NCBI GenBank assembly: GCA_030141605.1
Contig: JAQGDQ010000007.1
Coordinates: 669,173-733,172, forward strand
DNA from: Tubiluchus corallicola
Lineage: Eukaryota > Animalia > Priapulida
Length of the DNA: 64,000 bases
Direction: 5' to 3'
Part shown: piece by piece, positions 12,521 to 23,072 of the stretch
How the letters are laid out: every line of letters begins with the position of its first letter
Numbering within the stretch: the stretch's first letter is position 1
Notes under the pieces: model-generated
The model's database searches: none
Told to the model about the DNA's origin: nothing
Seen by the model: only the letters and a program-made list of their open reading frames with translations
Program-made: the position numbers and the translations under genes

Positions 12521-15500
12521 ATGGTAGAGAGTGGAATGGCAGCTTTTCATAATCTGAAAAATGATATTAAAACTGAGGAAAATGGACATTTTTATGAAGA
12601 CGCGAAAGATTATTGGTCTCAAATTCCTGCGACAGTTGAAGGAATGTTAGGCGGCTTTGGTCGATTGCATCCTGTTGATATTCGTGGATCTGCAGGTTTT
12701 CTCATGCAGTTTATTAGTGTACGCGTGAGCTATTCCCTGTTATTTTTACTAATCACAGTACTTATCGTTTGACTTTACATTTAGGTATCATTTTACCTTT
12801 TAGGGATTTCTTATATCGACAGTGGTTGAAATGTTTGTTATTCAGCAGAAATTTTGACTCAGATGTTCCCCAAAAAGGGGGAAATGGCCCTTACGATTTG
12901 TAATACTAGCACTCCTTGTTTTAGCTAAACCTTCACAAGTGTGACGTCGTGTAATAATTAAGTTAGGACGTTTGGAAATCAGAGTACTGTGTTCAGGGTT
13001 CTCAAGCGTTTCCGTCACTTTTATACGACAAATTTACAGGATAATCATTTATTCGTGTAGGCTACGTGAATCTGTGTCACTGGTGAAACACTTGTGTGCA
13101 CGTGCAAATTAGTTAATAAGAACCAAAACGGAATTAAGAACTAATATTTATATTTCAAATTTAATCAGTAAAACGACAATAGCAAAATTAAATTGATAAC
13201 AATTTCCAACAATACCTAATTCCCCCAAAAGTAACGTTGGTCGGCTCGGTTCTGTCTTTCATCAGGCTTTTGGATCTAGTAACCACGCTCTCCAATCTTC
13301 AACCATGGCACATCATCTTTTCGTCTTCACTAGTCAGCCATGCCCTCGCTAGCAACTCTGTGCCATTGGTCACCAATCCAGCCTCTGTATGGACCACGCT
13401 TAGAAGCTGCTTCAGCAATCCAGCGGCTGAACTCATACCTGGTTGCCTCAGGATTGAAGTCATGCTTGCTGCCTCAGACTCCACGTAATAAAGCCAGATT
13501 TCGTCCTTTTGCAGAGTGACAAACAGAACCTTCAGTTCAGACAAACAGACAGACCATTAGTCCAGGTAGAACTTCAATCATGTGGTCCTCGACTGGTCTT
13601 CCACTACTCTCCAGGGTCCTGCTTTGCAGGTAGAAATATGGTTACTAAACACTTGTCTCTAAGAATGTTAAGCTAGTGCCGTCACAGCAAACAACGAATA
13701 AACAAAAGCAGACAAAACCATTGTCTTTGTCATAAATCATCTCACTGCATATGAGTGCCATTAAAGACAGGTTCACACCAAACTTGGTGTTCAGCCATAT
13801 AAAATAACCTCAGGGAGTGGACCAACCAGCAAAACTCTACTACCCTGTAACTTTGACAGTCAGAACACATCTAATGTAAAACACGAACTCTGTATTAAGA
13901 TCCTAAAACAGGTTTAAACCATTTGGTATTCGAATTTTCAGGTAACCTAATTATAGGTAAACAGAGAAATGAGCAGCTAGAGCCATCTAATGTCAAAATC
14001 TTGCAAAAACACGCAATGTTATATAGGTTTAAATAAACAGTGCAATAAATCAATAAGGTAATTAATTATGCACACATAACATCATATGAAAGATATATCA
14101 CAATAGGTGTTGCGACAATGATGGGTCGTCTAACCGATCATCACAACAGGGCTTTGCGTGCTGATGGACAGCTCCTCTTGAACATGCTCAGTAATTGCTG
14201 ACTGTACAATTGCATTAACTTACATAATCAGCAGCCTATCTAAAAAGTCACTTTACACAGTTTAGCAGTTGCTGTTAACACCTTCGCATTTGTACATAGC
14301 CATTGTTGTACTAATAAAGTTTTTATTTTTGTATATCCCTTTTTTGTACATCTAATGTTACAGATGTTCACTAGCTTTAATTTAGTAATGTAAGAGCATT
14401 ATGGCTTCACTTGTGCCAACACTCCCCTCTGTCACATTGGTTACATCCTACTTGTGATGTAGGCATTACTACTTAACTGTTAGCTTCTGCCCAGTCTGAG
14501 CTTCTCTGTTATAAGCCAGCTGTAACATTACCACCTTAAGCTGATGAGTCTGTTGCTATGAAACTTCTTTAATGTCTTCAATAAAATAGTTTATTTTGCC
14601 TAAATCTGTGCTGTTTTGGTTTTTCTTATTAGTGACTTTACAGTAACTCTACAGCTTATAAAACTTTTGAAGTATGGGATAACAGGCATCAGTTACAATT
14701 GGTTTTCAAGTTACTTATTTGGTAGGCAGCAAAGGGTTCTTTCTAGAATCTAGCTGTGAGAAATTTCTTCTGGCATCCCACTGGGTTTCATCCTAGGTCC
14801 TCTTTTGCTCGTCATGTCTATGAACGAGCTTTCCTTTGTTCTAAGTTAACGGACTCAAAGGTTACAATATGCAGATTACCCACCTGTTCATAAAGCTGTG
14901 ATATCTGAAGCTGATCGGGACGCTATTCAAGTTGACATTAGTAAAATGTTTGAATGGAGCAATTTCAATATATATACATATATGCTGTCTTTTAATCATT
15001 TAAGCAGAAACAATGAGGCTAATGTGGAGTAGAAATTTAATTAGGTGCAGATAACATGGCTGATCAACTTATACTTTGGTTAATCATCTATCCAAGTGTT
15101 GGATGTCACAAGCATCTGGAAGTGTTAGTCTGATTGAACATACTTGTAAAGGTTGCCACGCTAACGTCCAGAGATAATCTTACAGATGTCCCATTGACTA
15201 TAAGTTGATATCTCACTAATGGTCGAGGCCTCTTAAGGGGTTGTAGTGAAGGTATGGAAGTTTAAGAGCAGCCCCATAAAAATTTCAAATTTATTAGTAT
15301 TTTCACCACTTATATGTGTTTTCACTGACAATACAGCCACTACATCTTCATGAATTTTGATTATCATTAGAAATGAATTTGTGATTTAAAACTGTGATGC
15401 TTAGTAGCATAATATGACTTTGTCACCTTATATGTTAGAGACTGTTCCTTCACTAAGGAACTCGTAAATCACTTCTATCATTTTGCTTGTACGCAATATG

Positions 15501-16393
15501 AAAATAATCATTCTGTAAAACGTTTCGCCTACCTAAACACTTCTTGTTTGATGTTGCTTAACTGCTGAAGATAGTAGTTAAGAGCTCTATGAAGTTTCTA
15601 GTAGAACACATACTGGTTAGTGACTAGCCTAGGTGGTAAAGCTACTTCCCAGGGTAATTCTGAAACCATCTGTCAGCACCGTAACACTTTAAAGTTTTAA
15701 TCCAGTGTATAGTACTTGAAGTTTTAAGCTGGGACTCTGGTGCAGTGTAGCCACTGGCCTGTAATTAATGCTGTTGCAAAAATGAATACATCTTATCCTC
15801 ATAGCAGCAGGCCTATTTATATAACTAGATCGCCTATAATAACTGCGTGATTGTGCACAAATGCCCCAGACAAACGTTCTACTACTGCCAAGCTCGCACG
15901 AGGTTTTATTACTTGAGGTGCAGTTACAATTTGGTATATCCATGCGCCCTGGCTCATCCCAAAAAAGTAATAATTACTTTGTAACATTCAATTTTGGTAA
16001 CTATTAGAATGTGAAACAATTTTGCGATTTTTGCTAAGAAAAAAAGGAAAATGTGTAAACTTTTTTTCATTTAAAAATTCAGTAAACTTGAAGTAAAAAT
16101 TTGTGTCCCTCCGTCGGAAGAAGTGTCCTGCAGGACTCCGTTAGTCGACGAAGATTTTCAAAGCCCTGCTGTCATTGCTGTATAACAGCATATGTAGTCC
16201 CATCCCACCATAGAATATGTTGCTCCAGTCTGAGTCCTCTTCACTAGTATCTGATTAATAGGGTTGAACAAATCCAAAGATGCCTTACCTGTCACTAGAG
16301 ACAGTAGAAGACTGGCGTGCACCACTTCACATGACCTCTCTCCAACTAAGGACGCTTTTCTCACTGAATACTGTTCGTATATATATTCATTAG

Positions 16394-16437
<44 letters not shown>

Positions 16438-19400
16438 TAGCCAATCACTTTTGACTAAATACTAGACGTGATACACAGGTCTATTATTACCATATCAGCT
16501 TTGTAGAATGGACAACCTTCGTTACTCCATTTTTTGTTAATAATGTGTTTGAATGGAGCAAACTGCCATTTCTTTCAGGTTATCCTGTTTTTATAACACA
16601 TTTATTTGGGGTGCACATATGTTTTTTAAGTCAGTAACGTAGCTTGCAAATAATAAGTTGAAGCTAGTAATAATTAAGCCCAAGCCTAACACTGGGTATC
16701 TACAACAAAAATTGAGTTTTGCAGGTGAGCCTGGTTGGGTGGGGACATTAAAAATATTACTTTTACGTAGATTGTCATACTATCCAGTGGCAACCCTGTG
16801 TTTTATACACTTTGACACTATTTCATTTTTGTTATTGATATAACATTCATGTATAATTCAAAGATATGCTTTCTCATTTCAATTCGTATTCATCACATTT
16901 TTTTAAGATTCTGCTAAGTTTCATGAGCTTACATCAATTCTTCTTAAGTTCACGTAAAATTTTGTATCATCTTTTGTGTTTTGAGTTTTTGCTAACTTTT
17001 ATTCAGTTTTACATCAACTTTTTTAATGTAAAATTTGTGTATAATTCTAAAACATGCATTGTTATTTTAATTTTTATTCATCTTGTGCTTTTTTAAGTTT
17101 TCGCCAAGTTGTATCAACCTCGCATTGGTTTATTTCTAATTTATTTAAATTTATTAATTTTAGGTTGTGTACATCTGCTTTAATTTTTTTTTTTTTAATT
17201 TTAATGTCTGTGGTCAGACCATTGAGGGACAGTTATAGTTTTTAGGCTTTTACTCAAGAGCTAAATTACTTTTTACTTATTTTATTACCTTTTTTTGTAA
17301 ACTGTAATTTTTCTTCAATAAAATAAATAAATAAGTAATAAAACAGTAACTTGAACAGTCATAAGAATTCCATTATGTACTGCAGTACTGTGTTGCGTTT
17401 GACAACCATAATATTGCTGTATAATTACACTATAATAACATTGTATAATTAAATACCAAGAAATCTCAAGCGATAGAGGCTTTTTATAGCCTCCTGCCAG
17501 CATAAAATCCGTATGTTATGTTACTTGATTTTCACCCCTGAGGTTATGATTACATGCATGTGATGCGGTGTAATCAATTACAGTGTGTTCTTTGACTTTG
17601 GAGTTGTTTGCATGTCTAAAAAACTGGTTCCAACATCTAAGTGTTCAATCTTTATATAGAAGTCAGTGTGTTGTAGATAAGCTGGACCTTTCAGCCGGCT
17701 ATGTAAATAAGTTAAACTACCCTCGCAAATATTAATTTATTTGGTAATAGGTACGTATCTGCTCTCTGCACTTTTCTATTAAGGTAAATGTATTTGGGGT
17801 TTGCTAATTGTTTGAGACCCAATTTTACTCAACAAAGAATAGTATTTTTGCTATAACAAATATTTGACCTTTATGTTGAATATTGAATAGATATATTGTA
17901 CAGCCCAGCAACTGCTGATCTGTATATGTGTACTTATTGTAAATATTACATATTTGTAAAAATGTCTGGTATGATTTGACCAAAGTTCAGTTTTGTATAT
18001 ATGCTCACTTACAGGTGTTCGTACTGTCCGAGATATAGTTCAATGACCGCAGCAACATAACTTCCAGTCTTCTACACGCAGATGCACAATGGGAAAGACT
18101 TTACTGCTCAGTTCAAGTATCTGCAAGCTTCGAATTTTCATACGGCAACTCAGCAGTTTTTGTAACAGAACCTCATTTAGAAAACGATGTGACTGTTCAC
18201 GGGCAGCTAGACCTAAATTAAGGTTTCTTGCAAGTTCAGGTGATGCATCTTTTGATCAAAAATGGAACAACTGTGCGTCGCTGACGACATCAGTTAATCA
18301 GAGCTATGTCTCATATATAGCAACGCAGAATCCCGGTGCTGCAACAACGTATCAGGATCTAAAGCGCTTCCTGGATACGGTAGGATCGGACCCAAAAGAA
18401 GTTCGCTATTGGATGAAACAGTTTCAGCAAGTGAACGATCCGTACAAGCCCTTTGCGGTCGTCATGGTCGAAGAGGATGTGTTTACCAGACCAGACATGC
18501 TCAATGACCTTTGCTCTGGCTTGAGCTTTCTCCATCGGAACGGCTTAAAATCAGTGATAATACATGGCCAAAGAATTCCATACAGGATGGAAGTTACGTA
18601 CACATATCTACAGCAATCAAAAAGGAAGTTTGTTGCAGATACGATCATGCTAGTCAATGTACTTGAGTCACATGGGGTCTCTGCCAGACCTCTGTTCAGC
18701 AGTAATGGTCTCCTTCTCGCAGAGAGATTACATCAGGACAGGTTTGGTATGCTTGGGCGTCTTAAAAAGGTAAATGTTGAACTGATAAAATGGTGTTTGG
18801 GCACTAATCACATTCCAGTTATATATAGCATTGGTGAAACTGATGGCTACCAATTGCTGGACTTGGATTGTTTGAACACTCTTCAGCATGTGTCCGTCGC
18901 TCTTGGACCAAGAAAGGTGTTGATGCTGAATACGACTGGCGGAATTCATGACATAGATGAAGCAGTGATTGGATTGGTAAATATGCCTGGTGATTTAGAT
19001 GATTTACTAAACCGACCGTGGTGCAATGAAGAGCTCAGGGAGAGACTGTATTCTATAGCAACAATGCTTGATAACATCCCCGACCAAAGTTCTGTTGTAA
19101 TTACTTCTGCTGACACCATTGTTACTGAACTCTTTACCCACCATGGTTCTGGCACTCTTTTCAAGAACACTGAAAAAATTTTGAAATTCACCAGTTTTGA
19201 TGACGTGGATTTAAATAGACTGGATCATTTGTTTACCCGATCATTTGGCCGTCGACTCAAACGTGATTATTTCTCTCTGATCAAGGAGAGATTGGGTGTC
19301 TTGTACTTATCAGAAGGTTACAGTGCGGCAGCTATAATTACGAAAGAAGCCAACTTTGACGTCCCATACCTGGATAAGTTTGCTGTGACAGTGCAGTCTC

Positions 19401-21935
19401 AAGGACAGGGTACTGCGGAGATGCTATGGGAGTCCATACGACAAGATTTCCCAATGCTGTTCTGGAGGTCACGTCATGTTAATTATATAAATCCTTGGTA
19501 CTTTGCCCGCAGTGAAGGTAGTTGGAGTAATGGTAGGTGGATCGTATTTTGGAGAGGACTGTCTGACCCAAAAGTTTCTTATGCACTTGTGGAGTATGCA
19601 CTTAGTTTACCTGAATCATTCGAAGCTTTGACTGATTCAGTGATAGAAACTGAACAACCTTAGCACAAAGTTCAAGTATGGAAAACTATTAAAATCGACA
19701 ATTGGTGCAGTTACAGATACTCATAAAATTTTTATACACATATTGTTTTTTGACCGGTAAAAATTTTAGCTCACCAATTTTTATTGTTAGTACTTTATGA
19801 TTAAGTTTTGCATTATATTCAAGATTACATATCAGATTGTATTAAATTGTTATCGGTGTTGTTATTACTATTGTAGAAATTATTATAATATTATATGTAA
19901 TCAGTATTTAAAAATGTCTATTCATTGTTATTTTATAGTTAGTTTTTTACTCATCTTACCAATTTCATAAGTGTAAATATCTAAATAGCAATTTGATATA
20001 CATCATTTGTTGACATGCATTTATTTATGCACATAAGGTCAAGTAGTTTGAAGCAAACATAAAATTTATTTTTTTCTTTTTCCTTGATATTTAATGATGT
20101 TGGCAAATAGTTAAGGAGTCTAGAATAACATGTGTTGTTATTTCATAAATCCCTCGCAGAATTTAGTATTTAAATGATTATAAAAAATCATTTACAAATA
20201 GGAAAATAAGAATAAAAACATGTGCATCTTACTTTTTACTATGTAATATGAGAACTTAGTATTCAGTTTTTCAACGGAAGTACAGCATGATCAGTTGACA
20301 TGTACAGGAAACTCTGCTTAACTCAAATTTTCACCTAACTCAAAGAAATTCAGCAGAACAGATGAAATCCTTCGTTTTCCTGTTATTATGGTCCATTTAA
20401 TTAAAATACATGTAATTTACTTCGCCTAGCTCAAAAATGCAATTTATACTCAAAACTACAACTCAAAAACAGTATTGTCTTCCGGGAAAATTCTGATGTC
20501 TTACAAGTCGCTCCCCGCTTTTTTACAACGGTTGTGTTGAAATATATGCGAAGCTGGTTTGCAATAAATAGCAAAATAGTGGTATTTTTACTTACAATAA
20601 ATTTATTTCACACTATTTAAATGTTGGCTAAAATATATCACGAGTAAAAGACTGTAGGATATTGGTTTGAAGCAGCATAGTACGGCTTATTTTTCGTTAC
20701 AACTTACACTTACTAAAAGCATAACTGTTATTTTACATGTTACAATGTCATGCATATTGCAGATTGACTTTTTTAATGTTGTTATTATGAATTAAAAGCA
20801 GCGATAAATTAATGATTAATTCTGTTGGCTTTTATGATGTTCTCACCTGTATTATAGGAGTTTGGTTTTAATAGCTACAACTAACAGCTATATCACAGCA
20901 ATAATTTCCTTATCTATTACAACTGTTAGTGTTAATGACTACAATTAACTGATAAAAGCAAAGAGTCAAGTAGCATTTCTCTATAATCTTGGCATACACA
21001 CAATTAACCGATAAAAGCAAAGAAAGTCAAGTAGCATTTCTCAAACTGTTTTGCATTTTGCTGGTAACTTGGTATAGGTGTATAATTCAGAGAGTTCACT
21101 TCTACCTTTTGTTAGTGTTCTCTTTTCAAAATTTTTTCCAATTTTTGTAGTGTGTTGAGCACTGAACAACTGACTATTTTTTATTCTCGATAGGGTTATT
21201 ACACAAAATGAACAAGTTACACTAAATAGCATTGCACATTACAACTGGTATGGCGCTTAGGAACTAATCTTGCCAAAACTTTAAAACTAAAACAGAACCC
21301 ACACTATCAGTGCTTACAGTTCGATTGTTATGAATACTTCCTGTAAAATTTGTTGAACATTTATGCCTGCATGCAGAGAAAATAGTAATAGTGTAACAAA
21401 ACCCAAGGACAGGTCTTTTCATTTGTAGGAGCATCACGTTGGGACAGAGAGAGCACTAGATTGTGGAGCAGGGATTGGTCGCATCACAAAGCACCATCTT
21501 CTCCCAGTGTTTAAGACTGTTGACATGGTAGAACTGAACCAGTCATTCCTCGACGAAGCTCCTAACTACCTCGGCGATGACGTTAAACGAATCGGGCGAT
21601 TTATCTGCAGTGGGTTGCAAGAGTTCACACCTGAGGGAGGACTCTATGATGTCATCTGGATACAGTGGGTCCTCGGACATTTGACCGATGAACACCTTGT
21701 AGCCTTCTTCAAAAGATGCAAAGCCGGTTTAAAGGATAAAGGTGTCATATTTGTGAAAGAGAACATGGGATCAAGTCATGAAACAGAAATTGATGAGCAG
21801 GACAGCAGCCTCACCAGACCAAGGCATGCATTTGTTCGATGTATTGAAGAAGCTGGGCTTAGAATCTTGCACGAAAAGAAGCAGAAGGGGTTTCCTAAAG
21901 AAATCTATGAAGTGAGAATGTTTGCTATACGGTAG
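12521..21935 (+). CDS. NTMT1: N-terminal Xaa-Pro-Lys N-methyltransferase 1 (two coding exons)
   Basis: Exon 12521-12718 (or to 12724; both donors are phase 0): FYEDAKDYWSQIPATVEGMLGGFG. Exon 21429-21935 after tttgtag, phase 0: ALDCGAGIGRITK (SAM motif I), YDVIWIQWVLGHLTD, VKEN, DSSLTR; stop TAG at 21933-21935. Confidence 0.93.
12940..14145 (-). mobile_element. Solo LTR (~1.2 kb)
   Basis: TGTGACG...CATCACA termini with a near-perfect 5-bp TSD (acaag 12935-12939, acagg 14146-14150). Orientation is inferred from a minus-strand AATAAA about 100 bp from the left end. Confidence 0.65.
14690..14970 (+). mobile_element. Degraded LINE RT core fragment
   Basis: SGIPLGFILGPLLLVMSMNEL ... QYADY ... DRDAIQVDISKMFEWS, corresponding to GVPQGS.LGPLLF and the YADD region. 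Confidence 0.8.
16180..16330 (+). mobile_element. Degraded LINE RT C-terminal fragment
   Basis: PTIEYVAPV*...INRVEQIQR, corresponding to P.LEY...VW...I..LE.IQR. Confidence 0.6.
16396..16434. repeat. (AT)n microsatellite
   Basis: Directly visible. Confidence 0.95.
18089..19663 (+). CDS. NAGS: N-acetylglutamate synthase, mitochondrial (metazoan AAK-like + NAT/DUF619 type), intronless CDS nested in the NTMT1 intron
   Basis: 524-aa open ORF with an Arg/Ser-rich presequence, DLKRFL..VGSDPKEVRYW...KPFAVV, arginine-site TELFTHHGSGTLF, and NAT motifs YLDKFAV...QGQGT and FWRSR..NYINPWYF.RSEGS. Acceptor ctcacttacag at 18004-18014; AATAAA at 20211. Confidence 0.93.
   Translation: MGKTLLLSSSICKLRIFIRQLSSFCNRTSFRKRCDCSRAARPKLRFLASSGDASFDQKWNNCASLTTSVNQSYVSYIATQNPGAATTYQDLKRFLDTVGSDPKEVRYWMKQFQQVNDPYKPFAVVMVEEDVFTRPDMLNDLCSGLSFLHRNGLKSVIIHGQRIPYRMEVTYTYLQQSKRKFVADTIMLVNVLESHGVSARPLFSSNGLLLAERLHQDRFGMLGRLKKVNVELIKWCLGTNHIPVIYSIGETDGYQLLDLDCLNTLQHVSVALGPRKVLMLNTTGGIHDIDEAVIGLVNMPGDLDDLLNRPWCNEELRERLYSIATMLDNIPDQSSVVITSADTIVTELFTHHGSGTLFKNTEKILKFTSFDDVDLNRLDHLFTRSFGRRLKRDYFSLIKERLGVLYLSEGYSAAAIITKEANFDVPYLDKFAVTVQSQGQGTAEMLWESIRQDFPMLFWRSRHVNYINPWYFARSEGSWSNGRWIVFWRGLSDPKVSYALVEYALSLPESFEALTDSVIETEQP
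20941..21042. repeat. Short direct duplication (~42 bp)
   Basis: acaattaactgataaaagcaaagagtcaagtagcatttctc is repeated as acaattaaccgataaaagcaaagaaagtcaagtagcatttctc. Confidence 0.8.
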
Positions 21936-23072
21936 CGCATGACAACTCGAATGTGCCAAATGTCATAGTGTTTAGTTTCTAATTTGTGGTTTTAACTTTG
22001 TTGAATTGTTTTACGTGACTTTTTGCTCGCAACATTTAATAGAACGTTATAATTGAAAAGTTTGACCATAAGTGTTTTTTTAGTATTACTAGTTACTGAA
22101 CATTTATTCAACACTATCACCTGATCAATTTTCATTTGCTTAATAGCATGCAAGTATGATGTCCTTGCTTTGGCATTTATGAAGTGGAATGTGTATTTGA
22201 TGTGCAAAGGATAAGACGTCTGGTGTCATCTGACACTTCATACATAATTGTTGCTAAATCAATTAGTAGAAAAGTTTGCTAGACATGTTTGTATTTCTCT
22301 TTAATTTGTCTCTTTAAATTGTACATGTGTACCTTTTTACCATTTAGACCTTAAATATGCTCTGTTAAGAAAAGCATAAATGAGAAAATATACTGCAACT
22401 ATTATTTTATAAGAATATTTTTATTGTGTAGCTTTATATTTTAATATGCGTCGTTTGTGTACTGCTTTTGCACTGACACTAAGAACTCAGCTGCATAAAT
22501 ATTTTCCGTTTTTAGGACATAAATTTTTAAACTCCAATTCTTCTGTATTGGATGCAGGTGGTAGTACAGTAAGAGAACCCAGTTCTGTTTATCTAAGACA
22601 GTACAACAAGAACCTAGTTCTGCTTGCTTAGGAATCGTAGGATGTGGACCTGGATGTGAAAGAATGCTTTCTTTACTCCATCTATTTTTCTTTACAAAGT
22701 ATGTGTAGCATATGTTTTGTTCTTTTATTTCAGAAAGGGCATAACTCCCGCTCATACATTGAGAAAATGCACTATGCTCCATCTATGTAGGAAAGCGCAT
22801 TATGTAAGAGTCCCATTTGATGTATGTGGGAAATATGCAACATCAAATGTGGTGGCAACTTTACAAGTCAAGAAGTCAGTGATATTTTACATAACCGTAA
22901 GGGTGTACAAATGAAAGAAAAATCTAAATTTAGTATCCACTCTTGCTGTTAGAATTTTCCCCCATTCTAGCACACAATGTATGTTGCCTAATTATGATGT
23001 GGGCATAAATCATTTCATAAAAAATAATGCACTTATATAACCACTCAATGAAACATTTATTTTAAACTTCCA

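Noticed and set aside
13237-13544. Coding-looking 81-83 aa ORFs
   Set aside because: They lie inside the putative solo LTR and have no recognisable domain or splice support.
18424-19191. Antisense ORFs within NAGS (and 59140-60121 within the DUF1647 gene)
   Set aside because: Shadow ORFs of real coding sequence.
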